A stretch of 64,000 nt of DNA from Gemmatimonadota bacterium (GTDB lineage Bacteria > Gemmatimonadota > Gemmatimonadetes > Gemmatimonadales > GWC2-71-9): the NCBI GenBank assembly GCA_039588295.1, contig JBDHAB010000011.1, positions 1 through 64,000 on the forward strand. The letters are read 5' to 3'. This document shows positions 10,983 to 20,490 of this stretch, piece after piece. Position 1 is the first letter of the stretch. Every line of letters starts with the position of its first letter. Made by a program: the position numbers and the translations under genes. The notes beneath the pieces are model-generated. The model was not told the origin of the DNA. It did no database searches and worked only from the letters and a program-made list of their open reading frames with translations.

Positions 10983-11022
10983 TCTAGGCTCCCTTGTGCG
11001 GGGGGGCTTCAAACGCGGGGGT

Positions 11023-13263
11023 TCACGGCGCCAGCCCGATCTTGCTCACCAACGCCCTGTAGCGAGGATCCGCTTTTACGGGATCCCACCAGGGCCAGAC
11101 TTGAATGTGTAGTTGCGGGTCACGCTCTTGATAGGCTTTGTCAAACCAGGCAAACGCCTCGTCGTATTCTCCGAGCGCTACATAACCCCATCCGATGTAG
11201 GTAGGTGGCACGAACTCTTCTTTGGAGATCGCGATGACCTCTTTCATGTATTGCATTGCTTCATCGCGCCTGTTCCACACGGCATATAGCATACAAAAGC
11301 ACACATATACGTTGGAATGTCGACCAACCAACTTGTCTGCCTTCTGGTACGCAGCCTCGGCATCCTCATACATGCCCTTTTGCAGATAAGTATCACCGAG
11401 ATGCAGGATCGAGTGGAAAAAATTCGGCTCCAACTCCAACACCTGCTGAAACTGATCGATAGCCTCGTCGTATCTGCGGGCACTGTGATGAAGCAGTCCT
11501 ATCATCGATTGGAACAGAAGGGAGAGCGGGTCCAGCATCAGAGCCTGTTGCACAGCAGCAAAGGCAGCATCAATCTGACCATTCCTCCACAAATACCATG
11601 CATGCCAGAGGTGTGTATCCGCATTGTTTGGGCATAGCTCGAGCGCGCGCTTGAACGCCTGCCCCGCACCTTCCTGGTCCCATTCGAACCCCGTTCGAAG
11701 CACACCTAGCATAGTGTGTGCTTCAGGAAGCCGATCATCCAATTCCATCGCCTTTGCTACGGCTTCGTGAGCTTGAGGATATGATTCGCTGGGCGGGAGA
11801 AAGTGACTTTGTCCGGCGCCACCCATCATCATATACGCGCCAGCCAAGCCGGCATAAGCCTTTGCGTAGTCTGGGTCGAGATCGATCGCCTGCTGGAAGA
11901 ATTGGACGGCCTTCTGCAGATCAGGGGTGGTCAACTTATGGAAGTAGAAGCGACCCTTCAGATACAGCGCATAGGCTTCATGGTCTGCTGTGTGTTGTTT
12001 CAACAACTCCTCTGTTTCAACGCTCAACAGTTCCACCTTCAGCTTTTCGACGATCGACAACGTGATCTCGTCCTGGATCGCAAACACATCCTCCAGCTCC
12101 CGGTCGTAGCGCTCGGACCACAAGTGATAGCCGTCGGCGACCGTGACCAGTTGGGCGGTGATGCGCACCCTGGTCCCTGCCTTGCGGACGCTGCCTTCGA
12201 GTACCGTGGCCACGTTCAGCTTCTTGCCGATCTCCCGGATGTCCACCTCTTTGCCCTTGAATGCGAACGCGGAGGTGCGAGCGACGACATGGAGGTCCCT
12301 GATCCCCGTCAGCGCGTTGATGAGCTCTTCGGTGAGGCCGTCGCTGAAATACTCGTTCTCGGGATCGGCGCTCAAGTTGGCGAACGGCAAGACGACGATG
12401 GACTTGAGTTCCGACGGCACCGGGATGTCCGCCGGCTTCATCAGTGCCTCAGCGAATTGCAGCGCCGTGGCAAATCGATCAGCCGGCGACTTGGCCAGTG
12501 CGCTGTTGATCGCAGCCTCCACACTAGCCGGCACCGTCTCGCGCAGTGTGGTGATCTTTGGCACCGGCTCGCTCACGCACTTCGCGATCACAGCCTGCGC
12601 ACTCGGCCCCGTGAACGGCGGCTCCCCCACCAGCGTCTCGTACAGCACACACCCCAACGAGTAGATGTCACTGCGCCCGTCAATCTCCTGCTCGCCCACC
12701 GCCTGCTCCGGACTCATGTAGGCCGGGGTGCCGATGGAGATCCCGGTTTCCGTGAGGCGGTCGCCGCCCGCCTCCGTGATGGCTCGTGCGATGCCAAAAT
12801 CGGCAACAACCGCTTCGCCCCCCGAGAGCAAGATGTTCTCGGGCTTGACATCACGATGCAGCACGTCGTGGCTATGGGCATAGCTCAACGCCGCCGCGAC
12901 CGTGCGGGCGATCTCGACGGCGTCCTCGATGGGCAGCTGCTTCTCGCGTTCTAGCCGCTCGCGCAACGACTCGCCTTCCACGAACGGCATCACGTAATAC
13001 AGCAGGCCGTCCGCCTCGCCGGAGTCGAGCAGCGGCAAGATGTGCGGGTGGTTCAGTTGGGCGGTGGTCTTGATCTCACGGTGGAACCGGTCAGGACCGA
13101 GCGCGGCGGCCAAATCGGGTTGCAGAACCTTGATGGCAACTTGGCGGTCGTGCCGCAAATCGTGCGCCAGATACACCGTGGCCATCCCACCGCTACCGAC
13201 CTCCCGCTCGATGGCGTAGCGGTGGGCAAGGGCTGCCTTGAGGCGGACCAGGACTTCGGCCAT
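11023..13263 (-). CDS. Hanks-type Ser/Thr protein kinase with TolB-like and TPR domains
   Basis: GSGGMATVY, VAIK, HRDVKPEN, DFG, GTPAYMSPE; SIVVLPFANLS...EYFSDGLTEELI...LEGSVR; C-terminal TPRs. Confidence 0.95.
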   Translation of the reverse strand: MAEVLVRLKAALAHRYAIEREVGSGGMATVYLAHDLRHDRQVAIKVLQPDLAAALGPDRFHREIKTTAQLNHPHILPLLDSGEADGLLYYVMPFVEGESLRERLEREKQLPIEDAVEIARTVAAALSYAHSHDVLHRDVKPENILLSGGEAVVADFGIARAITEAGGDRLTETGISIGTPAYMSPEQAVGEQEIDGRSDIYSLGCVLYETLVGEPPFTGPSAQAVIAKCVSEPVPKITTLRETVPASVEAAINSALAKSPADRFATALQFAEALMKPADIPVPSELKSIVVLPFANLSADPENEYFSDGLTEELINALTGIRDLHVVARTSAFAFKGKEVDIREIGKKLNVATVLEGSVRKAGTRVRITAQLVTVADGYHLWSERYDRELEDVFAIQDEITLSIVEKLKVELLSVETEELLKQHTADHEAYALYLKGRFYFHKLTTPDLQKAVQFFQQAIDLDPDYAKAYAGLAGAYMMMGGAGQSHFLPPSESYPQAHEAVAKAMELDDRLPEAHTMLGVLRTGFEWDQEGAGQAFKRALELCPNNADTHLWHAWYLWRNGQIDAAFAAVQQALMLDPLSLLFQSMIGLLHHSARRYDEAIDQFQQVLELEPNFFHSILHLGDTYLQKGMYEDAEAAYQKADKLVGRHSNVYVCFCMLYAVWNRRDEAMQYMKEVIAISKEEFVPPTYIGWGYVALGEYDEAFAWFDKAYQERDPQLHIQVWPWWDPVKADPRYRALVSKIGLAP

Positions 13264-13498
13264 TTGGGCCCGCTCGTGGGAGGATGTCTACTCCAAGATG
13301 GGGCGTTCGGCGGCCCCTAGCTAGGCAAGCGAATCAGTCGCATTTGGGAAATTTCGAGGGACAGTTTTGCCGTAATCAGACGCGAACAGGCGCAACAACA
13401 CGCAGAAGGTCGGCTGGCCAAACGGCCCGGATTGTCGACGGGAAGCAATGGAACGCAACGAAACCGGTGAGGTGATAGGGCGGTTGGACGGCCGCGGC

Positions 13499-15202
13499 CT
13501 ACCCCTTCGGCTTGAGGAACTCCTCGAACGGTGGGTAGTCGCGGAGCGGCTCGAGGTCCATGTCTCTATGCAGGAGTATCCAGAACGCCCAACCTCGAGC
13601 GTACGCCTCACGGAGCAGCACCATCGCTCGGTCCAAGTCGCCGAGTTGGGCGGCGATCCGGGCCTGGAGATAGACGTCGCGTCCGAAGTCGTAGGGGTCG
13701 GCCATCCCTTCGAGCGAATCACCGATCCGAAGCGCCTCCTCCCGGTCCCCGCGCCGCGCCGCCACAACACCGAGATACCCTTGAACGTTCACGTCACCCG
13801 GTGCCGCCGACGCCACCTCCTGGAACAGCGTATGCGCCTCGTCCCACCGTTCTGCCAGGTACAGGTTGGCAGCCAGGCCGGCCTTGTAGCCCGTGGTCGC
13901 CCCCTCCTCCGGCGGACGGGAGCGGTACCAGCGCAGCGCCCGCTCCGCCACGCTAAGCGACGCGTCGCGGAAGCCGTGCGCACGAAGCTCCGCCGCGACC
14001 TCTCCCATGACGCCCACTGCCGCCACGCCACCCTCCGGTGGCAAGAGCAGGCTCTCATCGAGACCTCGGTCGACCTCGTCAAGCCTCCCGAGCGCCGCCA
14101 GCGCGCGCAGTTCGCTGCCGAGCATCAGCAACCGATCGGGATAGGCCTCGCGGGCGCGTCGCGCCTCGACCAGCTCCCGCGCATAGTCTCCCACCATGTG
14201 AAGCGCGTGCAGGAAGTCGCGCCACTTGAAGTAGAACTCCGGGAGAGGCTCCATACCCGAGAGGATCTCGATGGTCTCGTGCGGGCGGTTCGACCTCAGT
14301 GCCTCGACTGCCACGTCCAAACGCTCACCCCGGGCACGCGCGGCCTGGAGTGCTCCGACCCGGTCTCCACGGAGTCCCGCGATGAGCCAGTCGAGAAAGG
14401 CACGCTGTTGAGGGCTGAATCGCGACCGGAAGGGAACCAGGAGCTGCGCGTTTGAATCGGCGGCGCGGCGCTCGCCCAGGTTCGCGTGGGCCAGGATAAT
14501 GAAGAATCGGGGATCGGCAAACGCGGAGTCCAGCTCGACTGCCCGATACATGAACTGGAGTGCCTCGCGCATCCGTAGCGGAACACCATGATAGAAGGCG
14601 CGATGCCCCTCGAGGTACGCGCGGTACGCCTCTAACGACGGCGGTTGGCTAGAGGCGGTCGATGGCAAGAGACGGCGATCCAGCTCTGCTGCGACCGTTG
14701 CTACCACGCGACGGCGCAGTGAGTCCAAGACCGCGCCCGACGCGGCGGTGGGTGCCGAGATAGGCGCTACCGCACGCAACAACCGCTCTTCGGTCGCATC
14801 GATGACCTGGGCCTGGAACTCGAGCGAGTCACCCCGCCGATAGTAGGCCCCAGCGACGACCGTTCCGGCTCGCGTTGCTACCCCTACTGATCGTGCGGTA
14901 CCCGGTTCCGACGCTCCCGCAAGGCTCGGGACGTCCGGGCCGGGTTCGATTGACGTGGCCGTGGGCACGACATCGATCACGTCGATCTCTTGCAGTCCCT
15001 GCGCGATCCAGTCGGCTGCCATGTTCCCCAACAGGGCCAAGGCCGTGTCGCCCGTTCGGTTCTCGAGCGGCACGACCACCACCCGGTTCCGGTCGAGGGC
15101 GGGTATCCAGTTCGTCCGATCTTGACTCAATCCGATGATGATGGCCGCGGTGACAAGGAGCGATGTCGGTACGGCAATGAGCACTGCGATCCTTCGGCGC
15201 AC
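13499..15202 (-). CDS. TM + TolB-like + TPR region, likely the C-terminal half of a frameshift-split BTAD-kinase gene
   Basis: RRRIAVLIAVPTSLLVTAAIIIG TM; VVVVPLENRTGD TolB-like motif; TPRs; ends DLEPLRDYPPFEEFLKPKG like kinase-TPR tails; overlaps the upstream ORF in another frame. Confidence 0.75.
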   Translation of the reverse strand: MRRRIAVLIAVPTSLLVTAAIIIGLSQDRTNWIPALDRNRVVVVPLENRTGDTALALLGNMAADWIAQGLQEIDVIDVVPTATSIEPGPDVPSLAGASEPGTARSVGVATRAGTVVAGAYYRRGDSLEFQAQVIDATEERLLRAVAPISAPTAASGAVLDSLRRRVVATVAAELDRRLLPSTASSQPPSLEAYRAYLEGHRAFYHGVPLRMREALQFMYRAVELDSAFADPRFFIILAHANLGERRAADSNAQLLVPFRSRFSPQQRAFLDWLIAGLRGDRVGALQAARARGERLDVAVEALRSNRPHETIEILSGMEPLPEFYFKWRDFLHALHMVGDYARELVEARRAREAYPDRLLMLGSELRALAALGRLDEVDRGLDESLLLPPEGGVAAVGVMGEVAAELRAHGFRDASLSVAERALRWYRSRPPEEGATTGYKAGLAANLYLAERWDEAHTLFQEVASAAPGDVNVQGYLGVVAARRGDREEALRIGDSLEGMADPYDFGRDVYLQARIAAQLGDLDRAMVLLREAYARGWAFWILLHRDMDLEPLRDYPPFEEFLKPKG

Positions 15203-16845
15203 CCGGAGGCGATGTCACGCGCCAGCGCCTCGACGAAGGCGGAGGCGGTGCGGAACCGATCCGCTGGCGTCTTTGCCAGGGCCTGCGCGATGGCTGCCGA
15301 CACGTTCTTTGGCACGGAGGGCCGAACGTCGGTGATGGGACGCGGCGCCGTGATCAGGTGCTGTCTCGCGATGCTCTCGGCGGTCGGTCCCGTGAACGGC
15401 GGCTCTCCGCCGAGCATCTCGTACAGCACACACCCGAGACTGTACACATCGCTCCGGCCGTCCACCTCACTTGCACCGGCGGTCTGCTCTGGGCTCATGT
15501 AGGGCGGCGTGCCAACCGCCATCCCGGATTTGGTTAGGCGAGATTCTCTGGCGACCGAAAAGGCACGGGCTACGCCGAAGTCCGCCACCAGTGCATGGCC
15601 ACCCGACAACAGGATGTTCTCGGGCTTGATGTCCCGATGGACGACGCCCTGGCTATGCGCGTGGCCCAGGGCATCGGCCACCTCGCGGGCAATGCCGAGT
15701 GCCTCGCCGAGCGGGAGCTGCCCCTCGCGTTCCAGTCGGTCCCGCAACGACTCACCTTCGATGTACGGCATGACGTAGTAGAGCTGGCCGTCGGCGGAGC
15801 CGGAGTCGTACACCGGCACGATGTGGGGGTGGGTCAGATTGGCCGCGATCTTGATCTCGCGCAGAAAGCGCTCCAACCCCAAGTATGCCGCCAAGTCGGG
15901 ATGCATCACCTTCACCGCCACGTCCCGCTCATGTCGGAGATCGCGCGCCAGGTAGACGGTGGCCATGCCGCCCGCCCCGATCTCTCTCTCAATGCGGTAG
16001 CGGTCAGCCAGCGTGTTCACGGCGCTCGGCTCATGAGCAGTCCGGTGAGACGAAGGGAGCAGCGAGTCGTCCGGTGACTCAGCGATCTCCGGCGGTGACG
16101 CCTGCGCTTCCGCTCGAACAACGTCGTTGCGCGCCCGGACGTCCTCGATCAGCGCTCGGGTCTCCGGTGCCGGCTCCAGCTCCAACTCGTCCGCCAGCCG
16201 CCTGGCGAAGGTCTCGTACTCGCGCACGGCCCCCGAACGATCGCCGAGGCGATCCAGGAGTTTGATGACGCGTCGCAGCAACCGCTCGTCCAGGGGGGCG
16301 AGATCCCTCGCGCGCCGGCTCCAGGTACCGGCAGCCCGAGTCATCCTCCGCGCCGCCTCCTGGTCCGCCAACTCCCACGCCGCGGTGGACGCCAGCTGCC
16401 TGAGCTGCTTGCGCCGCTCGTCGATCCAGCGCTCGAACTCCGGGGCTTCCGGCACGTAGAAGCCTTCCAGCAGGTCACCCCGGTAGAGATCTAGCGCCGC
16501 CTCCCGGTCGCCTCCGCTGAGAGCTTCCTCGAACGCTCGGACGTCGGACCAGAACTCGGTTTCCGACACCGCGACCTCATCGTCCCCCCGCGTCACCACC
16601 ACCCCTTCGCCCAGAAACAGGCGCAGCCGGTAGAGCGACTGCCGCACGGCGCTGCGCGCCCGACCCTGGTCCAACTCCGCCCAGAACACGCCGATCAAGG
16701 AGTCCCGACGGTGGAAGCCGCGGCTCGCCCCGACGGTGAGGAACGCCAGGAGGCCCAGCAGCTTGGATCGGGCCAGGACGGCCCGCGTGTCAGCACCCTC
16801 GGGACCCACGAGCTCGGCCGGACCGAGCGCTCGGAACTCGATCAT
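15127..16845 (-). CDS. SARP-type winged helix + BTAD activator fused to a Ser/Thr kinase (N-terminal half of split gene)
   Basis: FRALGP...LLAFL...RRDSLIGVFW...VRQSLYRLR (wHTH); ALDLYRGDLLEGF...FERW...PLDE...PAPET (BTAD); then GAGGMATVY, HRDIKPEN, DFG, GTPPYMSPE. Confidence 0.88.
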   Translation of the reverse strand: MIEFRALGPAELVGPEGADTRAVLARSKLLGLLAFLTVGASRGFHRRDSLIGVFWAELDQGRARSAVRQSLYRLRLFLGEGVVVTRGDDEVAVSETEFWSDVRAFEEALSGGDREAALDLYRGDLLEGFYVPEAPEFERWIDERRKQLRQLASTAAWELADQEAARRMTRAAGTWSRRARDLAPLDERLLRRVIKLLDRLGDRSGAVREYETFARRLADELELEPAPETRALIEDVRARNDVVRAEAQASPPEIAESPDDSLLPSSHRTAHEPSAVNTLADRYRIEREIGAGGMATVYLARDLRHERDVAVKVMHPDLAAYLGLERFLREIKIAANLTHPHIVPVYDSGSADGQLYYVMPYIEGESLRDRLEREGQLPLGEALGIAREVADALGHAHSQGVVHRDIKPENILLSGGHALVADFGVARAFSVARESRLTKSGMAVGTPPYMSPEQTAGASEVDGRSDVYSLGCVLYEMLGGEPPFTGPTAESIARQHLITAPRPITDVRPSVPKNVSAAIAQALAKTPADRFRTASAFVEALARDIASGCAEGSQCSLPYRHRSLSPRPSSSD

Positions 16846-16884
16846 CTCTGGCAGGAGGTAGTGCTCATTCGACGGACCCTCCCG

Positions 16885-16928
16885 GGAGACGGAGGGGAGA
16901 CGGTATGGAGACGCAGTACGCCTAGCTT
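16885..16928 (+). promoter_or_regulatory. SARP-type promoter: three GGAGACG direct repeats at 11-bp period followed by a -10-like TAGCTT
   Basis: GGAGACG at 16885, 16896 and 16907; TAGCTT at 16923-16928; lies immediately upstream of the divergent SARP/BTAD gene. Confidence 0.7.
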
Positions 16929-17303
16929 GTCGCAAAGGTAGACCGGCCGCGAACGGCGGGCAAACTGGCGCCCCGCCTCGGACGCAGATCCTGGAATCGA
17001 AGAACCGCTCGATTGTCCGGCCGGACGTGATCGAAAGACTTCAAGGAGGACACGATGCAGCGGATACGCACCATCCAGGCGGCCTCGAGACGGATGTTCC
17101 GGTTGGCCCTGACGCATCTCTCCGATGCGCAAGGTCACGGCGCCACACCGGTGGATCTCAGAGACCTCTACCCCGACATCAGAGCCGGCATGGCCTTTCT
17201 CCGCAGCTGTTGCAGAAGGATTCGACATCAGCGTCGCGGATCTCGAAGCACGGCCCTTCGGCCGCATGACCGTTTACCTCAACTGAACACCATGGAGGCT
17301 ACC

Positions 17304-18155
17304 ATGAGACGGATTGCCACGGGCGTAACTGCCCTCGCGATGGCCTGGTCGATGGCGTGCGGCGACGTCAACATCAGTGGACCAAAGTGGCCCGATTGGC
17401 CCAATTGGCCACCCCCGGACGACACCACCGGCCAGGTCCGAGTCCCGTTCGAATGGCGCGGACACGTCACACCGGGCAAGCAGATCGAGATCAAAGGGTT
17501 GGCAGGAGACATTCGTGCCGTCGCGGCGTCGGGCAGCGACGTAGTGGTCACCGCAACCAAGATCGGTCAACCGAACGACGTCGCCGCAGTGGACATCGAG
17601 GTCGTATCACACGCCTTTGGTGTCACGATCTGCGCTGTCTATCCCGATGTCGCAGGACAACTTCCCAACACGTGCGAGCCCGGCGACGGCGGTAACATGT
17701 CGACGCGGGACAGCGCTGGAGGCGGGGTCAAGGTCGCGTTCACGGTGCAGGTGCCGGACGGGGTGGCCTTTGTCGCCAGGAGCATGATGGGTGATCTCGA
17801 GGCGACCGCCATCCGGAGCAACGCCTTTCTGAACAGCGTCTTCGGCGACGTGCGCGTTTCCACCACGCAACTGGCAACCGCCAAGTCGTTATGGGGATCG
17901 ATCAACGCCTCCGTCGGTCTGCCCGACTGGGACCGCGATCTCGAGTTCTCGACGATGACCGGTGACATTGCGGTAACCATTCCCGCCGCGACCAACGCGC
18001 AGGTTCGGGCAACCGTCCAGTCGGGGCGCATCACGTCGGACTTTCCGCTCACCCAGGTCTTCCCGGGAGGCATGCAAGGCACGATTGGAAGCGGCGGGCC
18101 GACCTTGAGGCTGGCGACCACGAACGGTACCATCACCCTGCGAAAAGGGACCTAG
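17304..18155 (+). CDS. DUF4097-like beta-strand-repeat lipoprotein (putative adhesin family)
   Basis: GGAGG RBS; signal peptide with SMAC lipobox; repeated SMMGDL/SVFGDV/SLWGSI/TMTGDI/VQSGRI/TTNGTI units. Confidence 0.85.
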   Translation: MRRIATGVTALAMAWSMACGDVNISGPKWPDWPNWPPPDDTTGQVRVPFEWRGHVTPGKQIEIKGLAGDIRAVAASGSDVVVTATKIGQPNDVAAVDIEVVSHAFGVTICAVYPDVAGQLPNTCEPGDGGNMSTRDSAGGGVKVAFTVQVPDGVAFVARSMMGDLEATAIRSNAFLNSVFGDVRVSTTQLATAKSLWGSINASVGLPDWDRDLEFSTMTGDIAVTIPAATNAQVRATVQSGRITSDFPLTQVFPGGMQGTIGSGGPTLRLATTNGTITLRKGT

Positions 18156-18232
18156 CTCAGCTCTGCGAGGAACGCGGTCCCGCAGCCACGGCCGAACACG
18201 GCGCCCCCCGACGCAGCGACCGGGGCGCTGAT

Positions 18233-18260
18233 GCCAGGGCCCCACTTGTCGGGCCCTGGC
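18233..18260. terminator. Perfect 10-bp hairpin downstream of the DUF4097 gene
   Basis: GCCAGGGCCC-(8 nt)-GGGCCCTGGC; no U-tract. Confidence 0.3.
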
Positions 18261-18729
18261 GGCACGTATTCCGCGCTTAGAGATGGCACAAAGTGCACGC
18301 TGGGCCGGCCGCGGGGGCGACTGGTGGGTCGGGAATCGTCCATACGCAATCGGCAAGCGACGCCCAGCGCGGCCCCCATCCCGTTCCGATGCCGCATGCC
18401 AGATCCGCCAGCGAACGGATCGGGTATTGGCCCGCCGGATTGAGCACTAGCGCTGCGTTGGCTGACCGCCAAGACACCCTCGCCCTCGATACAGCCTGAC
18501 GGGAATGGTTTCCAAACTGGGTGTGGCTGCAACTCCGCTGTTGCACTGACGCAACACTTGAAGACCAAGCAGTCGGTCGGGAAGACGAGTCAGGGTCGCG
18601 CTTTCGGGGCTCGGCGATCCCTAGGTGCGGGCACTCAAGTTGCTCAGTCCGCGTTCGTGCACAATCATCTGGCAACCGTGAAGGGTCGCGGTGCCGATTC
18701 CCTCACACCGAAGCGGCGGACACGAGCTG

Positions 18730-19308
18730 ATGTTCGACACTATTCGCAGGGATGTGCGTCGGGCTTGCTTGATGAATCAGGATGGCCAAGTTGGCGTGCA
18801 AGACGTCATACGTGAACTGTTTAATCCGGGGACGGAAGCGATCCTTGTCCATCGCTTTGGGTATTGGGCGGACAATTTACGCTTTCGGCCACTCCGTTTC
18901 GTGTTGCGCTACTTCCATTTTCTGGTGCAGTACCTGTTCTCATGGCGTGTCGGGGTGTTCATCCCCGTGAAGGCACGAATCGGTGCGGGCCTCGTGATTC
19001 ATACCTGGGGTGGTGGGGTTTTCTTGCCGTGCGCCCAGATTGGCCGCGACGTCACAATCGTCGGAGGTGGCATCCTGATGGACTACAACGTTCGACAGAT
19101 TGGCGACGAGGTTCAGATTGGAGCGGGCACCAAAGTGATGGGCAAGATCCGCATCGGGAACCGGGTCCGGACGGCTCCCAATGCCGTGCTGCAGACCGAC
19201 ATCCCGGACGATTGTGTCGTGTTTGGGAATCCAGCTCGCGTTATCGGACCAGTCCCCCGCCTTCGCGACACGGCCGCGCGGAGTGCGCCGCCTGCAGCCG
19301 ACACATAA
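18730..19308 (+). CDS. Serine O-acetyltransferase-like (CysE/WcaB-type) left-handed beta-helix acyltransferase
   Basis: N-terminal helices (NPGTEAILVHRFG); hexapeptide repeats ARIGAGLVIH, IGDEVQIGAG, IRIGNRV; NAVLQTDIP...GNPARVI tail. Confidence 0.82.
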   Translation: MFDTIRRDVRRACLMNQDGQVGVQDVIRELFNPGTEAILVHRFGYWADNLRFRPLRFVLRYFHFLVQYLFSWRVGVFIPVKARIGAGLVIHTWGGGVFLPCAQIGRDVTIVGGGILMDYNVRQIGDEVQIGAGTKVMGKIRIGNRVRTAPNAVLQTDIPDDCVVFGNPARVIGPVPRLRDTAARSAPPAADT

Positions 19309-19333
19309 CCCGAAGAACACCGTCAGAGGCACC

Positions 19334-20488
19334 ATGGACTTCCAGTGGAGTGCCGAGCATCTCGAGCTGCGCGAGGCCGTGCGGGACTTCGCCGCAAGGA
19401 CGCTTGCGGCACCGCCCCGCGACCCCGATCTCCCCTACGGATTCCGCCGGGATCTCTGGGCGCGGTGTGCGGAATTCGGCATACTGGGTCTCCCAGTGCC
19501 ACGTGTGTACGGGGGCGGTGAGACGGACGTGATGGGCACCACGTTGGCCATGGAGGCCTTGGGTTACGGCTGCCCCGATCACGGGCTGCTCTTCTCGATC
19601 CACGCGCACATGTGGGCGGTGACCACCCCGCTCCTCGCGTTTGGCACAGAGGACCAAAAGCAGGCCTATCTCCCCGGACTCTGCGACGGTCATCTGATCG
19701 GGGCACACGCCATGAGCGAGCCCGATTCCGGATCGGATGCGTTCAGTCTGCGCACCCGCGGGCAGCTGGACGGTGACGACTACGTGTTGAACGGGGTCAA
19801 GACATTTGTCACAAACGCGCCCGTCGCCGACGTGTTCGTCGTGTTCGCCAACGTCCGGCCGGAACGGGGCATGTGGGGCGTAACAGCATTTCTCCTCGAG
19901 CGCGGAATGGCCGGTCTCGAGGTCTCCAAGCCCATCCGCAAGATGGGGCTCAAGGGATCCCCGATGGCGGAGGTTGTGCTCACGGACTGCCGAATGCCGG
20001 TGTCGGCCCGCCTCGGAGCGGAAGGACAGGGCGCCACCGTGTTCAATCATTCGATGGGGTGGGAACGGGCATGCATTCTGGGAAGCCAAGTGGGTCGGAT
20101 GGAGCGCCAGCTGGAGATGTGCGTGGAGTATGCGCGGGAGCGCCGGCAGTTCGGGCGGCCCGTCGGAGACTTCCAGCTTGTTGCCGCCAAGCTGGCCGTA
20201 ATGCGCATGCGCCTGGAAACGTCCCGCTTGCTTCTGTACCGTGCTGCGTGGGCCCAGCACACGGGCGAGGAGGTGGGACTGTACTCGGCCATGGCGAAAC
20301 TGCACATCAGCGAGGCTGCGGTGGCCTCTGGTCTCGACGCACTGCAGGTGCACGGGGGCTACGGCTACATGGAGGAATTCGCTGTGGAAGAGCAGTTGCG
20401 TGATGCTATCGGCGGCAGGCTCTACTCCGGCACGTCGGAGATCCAGCAGCTCGTGATCGCACGGCACCTCGGCTTCTCACCCCAGTAA
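19334..20488 (+). CDS. Acyl-CoA dehydrogenase family; L-prolyl-PCP dehydrogenase (PltE/RedW)-like
   Basis: AMSEPDSGSD, NGVKTFVTNAP, RRQFGRPVGDFQ, QVHGGYGY, RLYSGTSEIQ; GLLFSIHAHMW; adjacent to an A-domain and a carrier protein. Confidence 0.88.
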   Translation: MDFQWSAEHLELREAVRDFAARTLAAPPRDPDLPYGFRRDLWARCAEFGILGLPVPRVYGGGETDVMGTTLAMEALGYGCPDHGLLFSIHAHMWAVTTPLLAFGTEDQKQAYLPGLCDGHLIGAHAMSEPDSGSDAFSLRTRGQLDGDDYVLNGVKTFVTNAPVADVFVVFANVRPERGMWGVTAFLLERGMAGLEVSKPIRKMGLKGSPMAEVVLTDCRMPVSARLGAEGQGATVFNHSMGWERACILGSQVGRMERQLEMCVEYARERRQFGRPVGDFQLVAAKLAVMRMRLETSRLLLYRAAWAQHTGEEVGLYSAMAKLHISEAAVASGLDALQVHGGYGYMEEFAVEEQLRDAIGGRLYSGTSEIQQLVIARHLGFSPQ

Positions 20489-20490
20489 CG

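Noticed and set aside
18284..18297. TGGCACAAAGTGCA as a sigma54 promoter
   Set aside because: GG-to-GC spacing is 8 nt rather than the required 10.
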